A stretch of DNA of 64,000 nucleotides from Bryobacterales bacterium. GTDB lineage: Bacteria > Acidobacteriota > Terriglobia > Bryobacterales > Bryobacteraceae. The translations under genes and the position numbers were made by a program. This document shows, in pieces, positions 17,105 to 26,995 of the stretch; the first letter of the stretch is position 1, and every line of letters begins with the position of its first letter. The notes below the pieces were generated by a model. The model made no database searches. It had not been told where the DNA came from and saw only the letters and a program-made list of their open reading frames with translations. The DNA lies in assembly GCA_039812845.1 (NCBI GenBank), contig JBDIBK010000003.1, positions 1,054 to 65,053 on the forward strand, in the 5' to 3' direction.

Positions 17105-17554
17105 CTATAGACCAAGCTCCTGATCATAGGCGGAGAGCTCCGCGAGTGCCGACTTCCGGGCTGCATCGTTCTTGCGTTTGAAAGCCACGACGGCATCAAA
17201 TCGAACACGGCGGTGCGTCCCCGCTTTGCGAAACGCGATTTCACCCGTTTCCAGAAGTTGTATCAGGGTAGGCCGTGAAATCCCGAGCAAATCCGCAGCC
17301 TCCTGCGTCGTCAATTCGGCATGCATGGGAATCAGCGCAACTGCATTCCCTCTTGCCATTTCCTCCAGAACCCGCATTAGCATCCGCACCGCCGCGGGTG
17401 GAACCTGGATGGTCTGGTTCCGAATGTCGCCAAGAACCTGCAACGATAGCGCGGCCCCAGAGTGGACATGCGGAGCGAGTGCGCGGCTTGTTTCCCTGGC
17501 CAGGATGACATCCGCCTCCGAAGGTGGGCCTGTGGCCGCGCGTGTGAGCGTCAT
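17105..17554 (-). CDS. Excisionase-type HTH (HTH_17/MerR-like) antitoxin partner of the PIN protein
   Basis: ELTTQEAADLLGISRPTLIQLLETGEIAFRKAGTHRRVRFDAVVAF is the excisionase-family DNA-binding domain. Lies upstream of, and co-oriented with, the PIN gene. Confidence 0.75.
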   Translation of the reverse strand: MTLTRAATGPPSEADVILARETSRALAPHVHSGAALSLQVLGDIRNQTIQVPPAAVRMLMRVLEEMARGNAVALIPMHAELTTQEAADLLGISRPTLIQLLETGEIAFRKAGTHRRVRFDAVVAFKRKNDAARKSALAELSAYDQELGL

Positions 17555-17588
17555 GGTCGTGCCTGCCCTCCACCCTCAATCTGCCACA

Positions 17589-17626
17589 CAATCGATGCAA
17601 ACGCAACCAATCGAAGCAATCGCAAC
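17589..17626. repeat. 19-bp tandem direct repeat x2 (2 mismatches) upstream of the HTH/PIN operon; candidate operator
   Basis: CAATCGATGCAAACGCAAC (17589-17607) and CAATCGAAGCAATCGCAAC (17608-17626), 35-72 nt upstream of the antitoxin start. Confidence 0.6.
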
Positions 17627-17938
17627 CCTTGAGGCGGAATGAATGCTTGCCGCCCGCAGCGGCGCAGCGACCTCGCCGAGCCCATCCCCATTCCAAATTG
17701 TTAGAGCAAATCGCATCGCAAGACCTCGAATCCCCCTTTCCCCGGTGTGCTCGGCGATTCGCACGTGTCTGGCAAAAGGCTCCCCAAGCTCTCACATCTC
17801 CGGTATCCAAATGAAAAGGCATGCCTTACATTGCCTCAAGTGCATGGTTTCCCGCTTCGCTGCCAGACCTCAAGTCGCCCCGGCGACCCAGCCTCACCCT
17901 CAGCCCCTCATCTTCGGACAACCCGAGTAAAAACTCTC

Positions 17939-17967
17939 TTGACAGGATTTCGATTCAAGCGCATAAT
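17939..17967 (+). promoter_or_regulatory. Near-consensus sigma70-type promoter ahead of the TetR-led cluster
   Basis: TTGACA (17939-17944), 17-nt spacer, CATAAT (17962-17967). Followed by inverted arms TCAATT...AATTGA (about 17968-18003), which could be the TetR operator. Confidence 0.5.
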
Positions 17968-18022
17968 TCAATTGCTTACTTGAAGTCATCGCTTTAATTG
18001 ATAAACGGATGTGAGGCCTGAG

Positions 18023-18673
18023 ATGGACACGGTGGAAACGGCTAGCAAGCCGACAACGGAACGGATCCTGGAGGCGGCGGAGGAATTGTTTGCCGCACGG
18101 GGCTTCCGGGGAACATCGCTCAAGGAGATTACCGAACTGGCGGAAGTGAACATCGCGGCCGTGAACTATCACTTTCGCTCCAAGGACGCGCTGGTTCGCG
18201 CCGTGTTTGAGCGCAGTTTCGAGCCGCTCAACGCGGAACGTTTGCGCATGCTGGGAGAGGCTGAGAATGGCGGCGGACCGCTCACGCTGGAACGCGTGCT
18301 CCGCGCACTCTTTGAGCCGATGCTGCGAACCTGGCAGACGAACCGGAACTTCATCCTGCTGGTCGGACGGCTGCAAAGCGAACCGGACGCGGATTTGGCT
18401 AACCATATTCACGGGCTTTATGCGCCACTCATCGAGCGCTTTCTCCGGGCAGCCGTGCGCGCGGCGCCGGACGTGCCGGAGACCGACCTGTTCTTCTGGA
18501 TCCACTTTCTCTTCGGAGGCGTGGTCTATACGCTGCTCAACAGCCAGGACATGGAGAAGATGCACCCTGGCCAAAACCCCATCGACACTGCCGAGGCGTT
18601 CCTGCGGGATCTGATTGCATTCGGCACCGCGGGACTTCGTTCACGGAGCCAGTCACAACCCATAAGGAGTTAA
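18023..18673 (+). CDS. TetR/AcrR-family transcriptional regulator
   Basis: HTH region ERILEAAEELFAARGFRGTSLKEITELAEVNIAAVNYHFRSKDALV. ATG at 18023, with a GTG alternative at 18011. Confidence 0.85.
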   Translation: MDTVETASKPTTERILEAAEELFAARGFRGTSLKEITELAEVNIAAVNYHFRSKDALVRAVFERSFEPLNAERLRMLGEAENGGGPLTLERVLRALFEPMLRTWQTNRNFILLVGRLQSEPDADLANHIHGLYAPLIERFLRAAVRAAPDVPETDLFFWIHFLFGGVVYTLLNSQDMEKMHPGQNPIDTAEAFLRDLIAFGTAGLRSRSQSQPIRS

Positions 18674-18678
18674 CCAAA

Positions 18679-21600
18679 ATGGTTCCCCATTTCCTTCGTC
18701 TCGCTCCACGCCGGTATGGGCTGGCCATACTGGCTCTGCTGATGTTCTTCACGCTTCCGATGCGCGCACAGGAATACCGGGCTAAAGTGCAAGGCGTCGT
18801 GATGGATCCCAGCCAGGCGGCGGTGCCCGGGGCCAGGGTAACGCTCACCAACCGGAATACGGGAGTATCCGCCAGCGCGGAATCCGACGTGCAGGGCCGT
18901 TACAGTTTCGATCTCGTGACTCCCGGCGTCTATCAGCTTCAAGCGGAGGCCGACGGATTCGAGCCGTACGTGGTGAGCGATATCCAGGTTCAGGTACGGG
19001 CCGATATTACCATTGACCCCAAACTCCAGTTGCAAGGCACGGCCACCTCAGTCACCGTGACGGGCACAGCCACGGTCCTGACCCTCAATACGAGTTCGGT
19101 CGATATGACCATCAACCAGACCATGCTCAAGGAGTTGCCGGTGATGGCGCGCAACCCCTTCCAACTCGCGACGCTGGACCCTCTGGTGGTCAACAAGTAC
19201 ACCGGCGCTTACGCCTCCGCGAACGCCAACCCCTTCTTCATGTGGTCTTCGAGCACGATCGACGTGGGGGGCAGCAATGCGCGCCAGAACGATCTCTATG
19301 TGGACGGGACGCCGGTGCAGATCGGCCCCAAGGGTTCGTACACACCTCCCATGGATGCCGTGCAGGAGTTCAGCGTGCAGCAAAACAGCGTGGATGCCGA
19401 GTATGGGCACAGCGCGGGCGGCATTCTGAGCGTGGGCATGAAATCGGGAACGAACGAGTTCCACGGAACGGCGTACTATTTCGGCCGCAATCCTGCGCTG
19501 AACGCCGCGGTGAACTCGATCACGCACGAGACCAGCACGTCGCGCAACCACATCTGGGGCGGCACTCTGGGCAATCCGATTGTCCGGAACAAGCTCTTTG
19601 CATTCACTTCCTACGAACAGTGGAAGATGAATGAGCCGCTCAACAACCTCTTCACCCTGCCGACGGACCTCGAACGCACCGGTGACTTCTCAAAATCGCT
19701 GAATGCCATCGGCGGATTGCAGTTGATCTACGATCCCTGGTCCACCACCGTGAATCCGGTGACGGGCAGCGTCTATCGCGCACCCTTTGCGGGAAATATC
19801 ATCCCGTCCGGCAAACTGGATCCGACCGCGGTGCGGTTCATGCGGGACATCTGGAGCCCGAATAATCCGGGCGATTCCCTGATGGGCCTGCAGAACTTCA
19901 AGAAGACGTTCCCCATGCGGACCAAGTACATCAACTTCAGCGAGCGGGTGGATTGGAACCCCAGCGATTCCTGGCGCCTCTTTGGCCGCTTGAGCTTCGT
20001 GAATACCGACCTCGCACCCGAGAGGTATTCGGGCTCCGTGGCCCAGCGCGACGCGAACGGGGGCGTGATGGACAACCGCAACTTCGCGGCGGACGCCGTC
20101 TGGGTGAAAGATCCGCGCACCATCTTCAGCTTCCGCTTTGGGTATGCCAGTCTTTCAGACAACTATGCTTCCCCGCCCTCTGAAATCACGGAGCAGCAAC
20201 TGACGGAGTTCTGGCCGAACAACCCCTGGTACAAGCCCTATCTCAAGGACCTGCCCAAGCTGTACTATCCGGCACTCTATGTGGGTGACGCCGTTTTCGG
20301 CCAAGACCTCTACTGGCTGCAGACTCCCCGGCATTACAGCGGCCACGCCAGCGTGCGCCGCTCCCAAGGCTCGCACGACCTCAAGGCCGGGCTGGAAACG
20401 CGCTTCCATTTCGGAAAGGTTCACTTGCCGAATCTGATGGGCTTCGGATTCTCGCCCAACCCCACCGCGAACACGTTCCAGAATCCGAACTGGGGCCTGA
20501 CCGGAGATTCCTGGGCCACTTTCCTGGTGGGTGCGCCGGAAGCGGCCGCCGCTTCCTACATTGCCCCGCAGGACAACCGGGTCAACTTCTACAGTCTCTA
20601 CTTCCAGGACGACTTCAAGCTGGGCCGGCGCGTGACGCTGAATCTCGGATTGCGCTATGAGTACGAGACCGCGCCGCTCGATCCCGACAACCGCCTCACG
20701 CGTATGCTGGACCTCACGGATCCGATTCCGGAGATGCAGGCGAACGCTCCCCAGTTTCATCCGCTGGTGCAGCAGATGTTCGGGAAGCCGTTCACGTTCA
20801 ACGGAGCGTTCCATTTCACGGACAGCGATCACCCCCGCAAGTACGATGCGAACCCGCACGTGTTTCTGCCCAGGATCGGCGCGACCTTCCGCGTGAACGA
20901 CCGCACGTCGCTGCGAGCCGGGTGGGCGCGCTTCGTGGTTCCGCCTCTGGTGGTGAGCAAGACCATCACGGATGACCCCGGCTTCTATGGCTTCAGCCAG
21001 TCCACCTTCCTGCCGCCGGAGATTCTGGGCGTCCCCGGAGCGCCTCTGAACAAGCCGTTCCCCACGCTGCTCGACCCCCCCGGGAAGGCTTATGGGCGCT
21101 ACACCCAGCTTGGCGATTCCGTCACCTGGGACAGCCCGACGTTCCGGACCGGCGTGAACGACCGGCTGAATTTTTCATTCCAGCGTCTGCTTGGTTCCGG
21201 CATTCTCGCGGAAGCGAGCTATTTCCTGAACATTGGGCGAGGATTGCCCTACAACAAGAACTTCAACCTGATGGATCCGCAACTGCTTTACACCTACAAG
21301 GCCGCGGCGGAGCAGGGCGCGCCGAACCCATTCTTCGGCGCGTACCCGGTGGAGAAGTTTCCCGGCCTGTTGCGGAACTATCCCTACGTGCCGGCCACCT
21401 ACCAACTGCGCCCGTATCCGCAGTATCTCGACCTGATTCAGCGCAATACGCCAGGCATCGAGGACCGCTATCACGCGCTCTCCATCAGCTTGCGCAAACA
21501 GTTCAGCCAGGGCTACCAGTTCATGTGGAACTATGGCTACGTCCGGCAAAGAACGGGCGCGTTTTTCAACGATCTCGACGAGTACGCGGACCGCTTCACC

Positions 21601-22125
21601 ATGATGGAGAGCAGGGAGCCTCGCCACAGAACCTCTCTCGCCGCAACGGTCGATCTGCCCTTCGGCAAGGGCCGCAAGTTCGGGCCAACCATGCCTAAAG
21701 CGATGGAACTCCTGGCCGGAGGGTGGTCCGTGAGCCCGGTGTGGAAGTTCAGTTCAGGTGAGTATCTGCGCTTCGGGCCGGCGCTCGTCAGCGGAAACGA
21801 TCCGTCGATCGAGAATCCTGGACGAGAGCGTTACTTCGATACGAGCATGTTCCAACTGCTGCCGCCCTACACGCCAAGAACGAACCCGTGGCAATACGAC
21901 GGCGTCAAGGGATCTCCCAACTGGAACATCGATGTGAGCGTCGCCAAGTATTTTCCGTTGCACGAAGACATCCGCATCGAGCTTCGGATGGAAGCGTACA
22001 ACCTCACCAACAGCTTTATCCCGGGCCTGCCGGTGATGGATGTGGGGAACCCGCAGTTCGGCCGCTCCGTAACCCAGGCCAACCTGGGCCGCCAGATGCA
22101 GTATACATTGCGGCTGCACTTCTGA
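18679..22125 (+). CDS. TonB-dependent outer-membrane receptor with carboxypeptidase-regulatory-like domain
   Basis: Signal peptide, then YRAKVQGVVMDPSQAAVPGARVTLTNRNTG...GRYSFDLVTPGVYQLQAEADGFEP. Plug-like region and 1148-aa barrel ending YTLRLHF. Starts 5 nt after the TetR stop. Confidence 0.85.
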   Translation: MVPHFLRLAPRRYGLAILALLMFFTLPMRAQEYRAKVQGVVMDPSQAAVPGARVTLTNRNTGVSASAESDVQGRYSFDLVTPGVYQLQAEADGFEPYVVSDIQVQVRADITIDPKLQLQGTATSVTVTGTATVLTLNTSSVDMTINQTMLKELPVMARNPFQLATLDPLVVNKYTGAYASANANPFFMWSSSTIDVGGSNARQNDLYVDGTPVQIGPKGSYTPPMDAVQEFSVQQNSVDAEYGHSAGGILSVGMKSGTNEFHGTAYYFGRNPALNAAVNSITHETSTSRNHIWGGTLGNPIVRNKLFAFTSYEQWKMNEPLNNLFTLPTDLERTGDFSKSLNAIGGLQLIYDPWSTTVNPVTGSVYRAPFAGNIIPSGKLDPTAVRFMRDIWSPNNPGDSLMGLQNFKKTFPMRTKYINFSERVDWNPSDSWRLFGRLSFVNTDLAPERYSGSVAQRDANGGVMDNRNFAADAVWVKDPRTIFSFRFGYASLSDNYASPPSEITEQQLTEFWPNNPWYKPYLKDLPKLYYPALYVGDAVFGQDLYWLQTPRHYSGHASVRRSQGSHDLKAGLETRFHFGKVHLPNLMGFGFSPNPTANTFQNPNWGLTGDSWATFLVGAPEAAAASYIAPQDNRVNFYSLYFQDDFKLGRRVTLNLGLRYEYETAPLDPDNRLTRMLDLTDPIPEMQANAPQFHPLVQQMFGKPFTFNGAFHFTDSDHPRKYDANPHVFLPRIGATFRVNDRTSLRAGWARFVVPPLVVSKTITDDPGFYGFSQSTFLPPEILGVPGAPLNKPFPTLLDPPGKAYGRYTQLGDSVTWDSPTFRTGVNDRLNFSFQRLLGSGILAEASYFLNIGRGLPYNKNFNLMDPQLLYTYKAAAEQGAPNPFFGAYPVEKFPGLLRNYPYVPATYQLRPYPQYLDLIQRNTPGIEDRYHALSISLRKQFSQGYQFMWNYGYVRQRTGAFFNDLDEYADRFTMMESREPRHRTSLAATVDLPFGKGRKFGPTMPKAMELLAGGWSVSPVWKFSSGEYLRFGPALVSGNDPSIENPGRERYFDTSMFQLLPPYTPRTNPWQYDGVKGSPNWNIDVSVAKYFPLHEDIRIELRMEAYNLTNSFIPGLPVMDVGNPQFGRSVTQANLGRQMQYTLRLHF

Positions 22126-22212
22126 GATCCGCACCGGGGCGTGGCACTCCACCGCGCTCCGGCGCTTTCTCTATCCAGTTGACTAGCCACAAACATCGAG
22201 GAGAATTGCAGG

Positions 22213-23358
22213 ATGTCGAGACGCACCCAGCGACCCGCGAAATGGCTGCCCGCCACGATTCTGGCCCTCGCGCTTGGGACGCCGCTGCTGGCGCAAGCAC
22301 CGGCACCGCCCGCGCAGGGGCTGTTCGGAATCGCCTCCCTGCCCGAACTCCGGGAGGCGGAAACCCGCTCCATCTCGGCTGAAAACCCCACGGGAGAACG
22401 GGGTGGAGGGGCGCGGATGGCGCCCACACCGCTGAGCGACGCATCCGACCTCGGCACCGGATGGAAGGTAAGCCCGGACATCGTCCTTCCGCGGCGGAGA
22501 ACCGTGACCATCGCGGATATCGAGGGGCCGGGTGTGATTCAGCACATCTGGATCACCGTTCACGAGGCCGCTTACCGCGATGCGGTCTTTCGGGTGTACT
22601 GGGACGGGGAGACGGAGCCTTCCATTGAATCCCCGCTCGGCGATTTCTTCGCCAACGCGCACGGAATGCGCTATCCGGTGAACTCGATGATGATGGCCGT
22701 CAACCCGAGCGGCGGCTTCAATTCCTACTGGCCGATGCCGTTTCGAAAGCGCGCGCGGATCACGGTGGAGAATCAGCGGCCGGAGGACATCCCCGGCTTC
22801 TTCTACCAGATCACCTATTCCCTCGAACCCGTCCCGGAGAACGCCGCCTACTTCCACGCGTCCTGGCGGCGATCCCTCACCACCCGCGAGCACCCCGAGC
22901 ACACGATCATCGACGGCATCGAGGGCCGCGGCCACTACGTGGGCACCTTCATCGGATGGGAGCAGCTTTCCAACGGCTGGTGGGGAGAGGGGGAGGTGAA
23001 ATTCTACCTGGACGGCGACGGTGAGTTCCCCACGATCTGCTACACCGGAACGGAAGACTATTTCGGCGGTGCCTGGAACTTCGGCGACACCACATTCTCA
23101 ACGCCCTTCCTGGGTTACCCGCTCTTCCACAAGCCCGCGGGGCAGATTCCCAAACACGCCATCTACCGATGGCATGTGCCAGATCCGATCCGGTTCAAGA
23201 AGAACCTGCGCGTCACCATCCAGGCCCTGGGCCACTGGCCGAACACGAAGTTTCAACCCCTGACGGACGATATTTCGTCGGTTGCCTATTGGTATCAGAC
23301 CGAGCCGCACAAACCGTTCCCCGCGCTGCCGCCGCGAGAAGCGCGCTTCCCGAGGTAG
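22213..23358 (+). CDS. DUF2961 / GH172-family glycoside hydrolase, secreted
   Basis: Signal peptide. Motifs DIEGPGVIQHIWITV, FRVYWDGETEPSIESPLGDFF and GTEDYFGGAW are characteristic of DUF2961 (GH172). Confidence 0.8.
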   Translation: MSRRTQRPAKWLPATILALALGTPLLAQAPAPPAQGLFGIASLPELREAETRSISAENPTGERGGGARMAPTPLSDASDLGTGWKVSPDIVLPRRRTVTIADIEGPGVIQHIWITVHEAAYRDAVFRVYWDGETEPSIESPLGDFFANAHGMRYPVNSMMMAVNPSGGFNSYWPMPFRKRARITVENQRPEDIPGFFYQITYSLEPVPENAAYFHASWRRSLTTREHPEHTIIDGIEGRGHYVGTFIGWEQLSNGWWGEGEVKFYLDGDGEFPTICYTGTEDYFGGAWNFGDTTFSTPFLGYPLFHKPAGQIPKHAIYRWHVPDPIRFKKNLRVTIQALGHWPNTKFQPLTDDISSVAYWYQTEPHKPFPALPPREARFPR

Positions 23359-23360
23359 CC

Positions 23361-25094
23361 ATGAAGAAGCTGGCAATCATCCTCCTGGCCGCGGCATCCC
23401 TGCCGCTTTGCGCGCAGCCGGCGTTCGAGCGAATTGACGCCCATGTGCATCTCGCTCCGCCGCCACCGGTATTCATTGAAATGCTGGATCGGGCGAAGAT
23501 ACGGCTGCTCAATGTGACGCTCGTCGACCCCACCGCCCCCGGCTTTGACAAGCCGGAGCCGCAGAGCACCTGGGCGGCGGGAATCGCCAAGGCAAGCGGC
23601 GGCCGCATCGGCTGGATCGCCCCGCTCGACCCCTCGGGTTTCGAATCCCCGGGATTCGCGCGCCAGGAAACGGAGAGGCTGAGCGGGGACTTTGCACGCG
23701 GCGCTCTCGCGGTGAAGATCTACAAGTCCGTCGGTCTGCACATCCGCGACAGCTCGGGAAAGTATCTGATGCCGGATGATGCCACGCTCAGCCCGGTGTT
23801 TGCCTTCCTCGCGAGGAATGGAAAACCGCTGCTGGCGCACTTGGGCGAGCCACGTTCAAGCTGGATGCCTCTCGATCCGGCGGACCCGCACTATCGCTAT
23901 TACAAAGAGAACCCAGAATGGCACATGCACCGGCACCCGGAGGCGCCTTCGTGGGAGGCAATCATCGCCGCCCGGGACCGCATGCTGGGGGCTCATCCAA
24001 ACCTCAAGGTGATTGGCGCGCACCTCGGCAGCATGGAGCACGATGTGGATGAAGTGGCACGCCGCCTCGACAAGTACCCGAATTTCGCGGTCGATACCGC
24101 GGCGCGGGTGCCGAACCTCATGCGCCAGCCGCGCGAAAAGGTGCGCACCTTTCTGATTCGCTATCAGGACCGCGTGATCTGGGCGACGGACTCGCTGGAA
24201 CTGAACTGGAGCAACCCGGCGGAGGCAGCCGCGCGCTGGGAGGCCGCCTACGAACGCGACTGGAAGTATTTCGCGACGAACGAGACCATTCAGGAAGGAG
24301 CAGGCGCTGTGCAAGGATTGGCGCTGCCGGATGCGGTCTTACGAAAACTCTTTCGAGAGAATGCGCTTCGCTGGATACCCGGATTAGACGCGGCACTCAC
24401 GCCGCGCCCAGATCTCTCGGCAGAGGCCCCGCTTCCCACGGCGGACGCCGTGCTCGAGCGCTACCTCGCTGCGATGGGCGGCAAAGAGGCCCTGCTGAAG
24501 ATCGAATCCCGCGCATTCTCCGGAACGATCTCGGTTTCCACCTACGGAGTTCGAGGGGGGTATCAGGAGTTCGCGAAGGCACCCAATCAATATCAGAGAA
24601 TCTTTCGCTTCCCCGGATACGGCGTGTTTGAGCGCGGTTACGACGGCAAGCGAGGCTGGGAAGAGAGCCCAGAATACGGGGTGGAATCTCTTTCGGGCGA
24701 GCGTCTCTCGCAGGTGCGGCGCCAGGCCGTGTTCCATTTCCCGCTGGCAATTCGGTCCATCTACCGACACATCACGGTAACCCGCCTCGACCGCATCGAC
24801 GGCCAGCCGGCGTTGCGTCTCCAGGCGGTGACGCCGAACGGCGAGGACGATACGCTCTGGTTCGGCACGGAACATGGCCTTCTGCTCGGCATCGAATCCA
24901 CGGAGACGTTTGCCAACGGGGTAAAACAGCGGGTGCGAACGCTGTTTGAAGACTACAGGCCGGTGGATGGCATTCCGGTGGCCCACCGCGTGCGCTACGA
25001 GAGCCCCCGGATGATCTGGGTTCTGATGAGGCAGGTGGTGCAGAACCAGGGCCTTGCGGACATGCGCTTTCAGCCGCCGAACGATGGGCACTGA
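23361..25094 (+). CDS. Secreted amidohydrolase-2-type metal hydrolase fused to a C-terminal LolA-like/unknown domain
   Basis: Start at MKKLAIILLAAASLPLCAQ. IDAHVHL metal-binding motif and TIM-barrel-like N-terminal half (about 340 aa). The C-terminal roughly 220 aa (ERYLAAMGGKEALLKIESRAF...) resembles lipoprotein-sorting-fold domains. Confidence 0.65.
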   Translation: MKKLAIILLAAASLPLCAQPAFERIDAHVHLAPPPPVFIEMLDRAKIRLLNVTLVDPTAPGFDKPEPQSTWAAGIAKASGGRIGWIAPLDPSGFESPGFARQETERLSGDFARGALAVKIYKSVGLHIRDSSGKYLMPDDATLSPVFAFLARNGKPLLAHLGEPRSSWMPLDPADPHYRYYKENPEWHMHRHPEAPSWEAIIAARDRMLGAHPNLKVIGAHLGSMEHDVDEVARRLDKYPNFAVDTAARVPNLMRQPREKVRTFLIRYQDRVIWATDSLELNWSNPAEAAARWEAAYERDWKYFATNETIQEGAGAVQGLALPDAVLRKLFRENALRWIPGLDAALTPRPDLSAEAPLPTADAVLERYLAAMGGKEALLKIESRAFSGTISVSTYGVRGGYQEFAKAPNQYQRIFRFPGYGVFERGYDGKRGWEESPEYGVESLSGERLSQVRRQAVFHFPLAIRSIYRHITVTRLDRIDGQPALRLQAVTPNGEDDTLWFGTEHGLLLGIESTETFANGVKQRVRTLFEDYRPVDGIPVAHRVRYESPRMIWVLMRQVVQNQGLADMRFQPPNDGH

Positions 25095-25096
25095 AC

Positions 25097-26995
25097 ATGG
25101 TCCCCGACCTCCTTTCGCCGAGCGGCAAACAGCGGAAGCGCGTGAGGCGCGCGAAGCGGTTTCTGCGTTGGGCGGGGGCGCCGCTGCTCATTCTGGCCGT
25201 ATTGGTGGCGGGCTTCCGTTACCTCTTTCCGCGGGAAGCGCGGCAATGGGCCGATGCGTCCGCGGCGCAGTTGCTTGTTCGCGCCGTGGCGCTGCGCGCG
25301 GGAACCGGGTGGGCGGGCGAGGGAGTTCGGCTGCGGGAAACCGTCCTCGTGCCGATGCGCGATGGGGTGAATCTTGCCACCGATTTCTACCTGCCGAACT
25401 CTCAAGGGCCCTGGCCAGCGATCCTCATTCGCACGCCCTACTCGCGGCGAGAAGGAAACATCGTCGGCGAGTTCTTCTGCCGATACGGGTATGCCGTTGC
25501 CGTGCAGGATACCCGGGGACGATTCGATTCGGAAGGCGAGTTCTATCCCTTTCGTGCGGAACGGGAAGATGGCGAGGATTTCGCCCAATGGACACGCCGT
25601 CAGCCCTGGTGCAACGGGAAGCTTGGGGGATTCGGCCCATCGTACCTCGGCTATACCCAGTGGGCGGCCTCCAGGCCCGGAGCGCTCGATTCCATCGCGC
25701 CCACCTTCATCGCATCCGATCTCTACCACGGCATCTACAAAGGCGGCGTGTTCGGGTTGCTCACCTATCTGCACTGGAGCCTCACCAGCTATGGCCGCGA
25801 AGGCGACTGGAATGGCGCAAGGAACATCCAGCGCGGCTACTCCCACTTCCCTTTGATCGAAAGCGATGACGTTTCCTTGCGGGACATCGGGTTCTACAAC
25901 GACTGGGTGAAGCATCCCCGCCCCGAATCGTATTGGCGTGAGAGGAACGCCACCGGCGGGATGGAAGATCTTGCCGCCCCCGCCTTCCTGGTCGCCGGGT
26001 GGTACGACTTCATGCTCGACGGCGAGATGCGCGATTTCGAGTGGATTCGCAAGCATGCCACCAGTCACGTCAAGCGCAACAGCAAAATGCTGATCGGCCC
26101 TTGGAGCCATGGCTTCTTTAACGCCAATCTCAAGAACTACGGCATCCGGAAGCGCTGGCTGGAGGAGATCCCCTTTGACTACGTCAAGGAAACGAAAGAC
26201 TGGCTGGACTTCACGCTCAAGGGTCTCGACAACGGATGGGCCGCGCGTCCGGCGGTGAAGGCTTACGTCCTCGGGGAGAATGCGTGGAGGTACGAAGAGG
26301 AGTGGCCCCCGAGCGCGGCCAGAGATCAAAGCTACTATCTGCACTCCGGCGGGAATGCCCGGACTCTCTATGGCGATGGCGCTCTGCGCCTCGAAATGCC
26401 TCCCAACGCCCAGCCAGAAGACTCGTTTGTATTCGACCCGCGCCGTCCCGTTCCAACACGAGGCGGAAGCCATGGAGACGCCTGGCATGTGGGCCCAGCC
26501 GACCAGCGAGAGATCGAAGCGCGCCCGGATGTGTTGGTCTATTCAACGGAAGTCCTCAAAGAATCCGTGCTCGCGATGGGCCAGGTGCGCGTGCAACTGT
26601 ACGCCGCCTCTACCGCGCCCGACACGGACTTCACGGCCAAGCTCGTGGACGTCTTCCCGGACGGGCGCGCGCTGATCGTGAGCGAAGGCATCCTGCGCGC
26701 GCGTTATCGCGAAGGACTGGATAGAGAAGTGCTCATGCAACCGGGAACGGTCTACTCGCTCCCAATCGAGGTGGGCCAGGTGGCGGTGCGCTTTCACGCG
26801 GGGCACCGCATCCGGCTGGAGATCAGTTCCTCAAACGCCCCGCGCTATGACGTGAACCCGAACACCGGCCGCGAGATCGCCACGGAGCGAAATCCCGTCC
26901 CCGCCACCCAGCGAATCCGGCACGATGCGGAGCACCGTTCGGCGCTGATTCTTCCGGTGATCGCCGAGGAGGCACCGGGCGTGAAGGAAGATTGA
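25097..26995 (+). CDS. CocE/NonD-family hydrolase (S15 X-Pro dipeptidyl-peptidase-like), membrane-anchored
   Basis: RDGVNLATDFYLP...WPAILIRTPYSR, nucleophile region GGFGPSYLGYTQW, and C-terminal PepX_C-like RIRLEISSSNAPRYDVNPNTG. Confidence 0.85.
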   Translation: MVPDLLSPSGKQRKRVRRAKRFLRWAGAPLLILAVLVAGFRYLFPREARQWADASAAQLLVRAVALRAGTGWAGEGVRLRETVLVPMRDGVNLATDFYLPNSQGPWPAILIRTPYSRREGNIVGEFFCRYGYAVAVQDTRGRFDSEGEFYPFRAEREDGEDFAQWTRRQPWCNGKLGGFGPSYLGYTQWAASRPGALDSIAPTFIASDLYHGIYKGGVFGLLTYLHWSLTSYGREGDWNGARNIQRGYSHFPLIESDDVSLRDIGFYNDWVKHPRPESYWRERNATGGMEDLAAPAFLVAGWYDFMLDGEMRDFEWIRKHATSHVKRNSKMLIGPWSHGFFNANLKNYGIRKRWLEEIPFDYVKETKDWLDFTLKGLDNGWAARPAVKAYVLGENAWRYEEEWPPSAARDQSYYLHSGGNARTLYGDGALRLEMPPNAQPEDSFVFDPRRPVPTRGGSHGDAWHVGPADQREIEARPDVLVYSTEVLKESVLAMGQVRVQLYAASTAPDTDFTAKLVDVFPDGRALIVSEGILRARYREGLDREVLMQPGTVYSLPIEVGQVAVRFHAGHRIRLEISSSNAPRYDVNPNTGREIATERNPVPATQRIRHDAEHRSALILPVIAEEAPGVKED

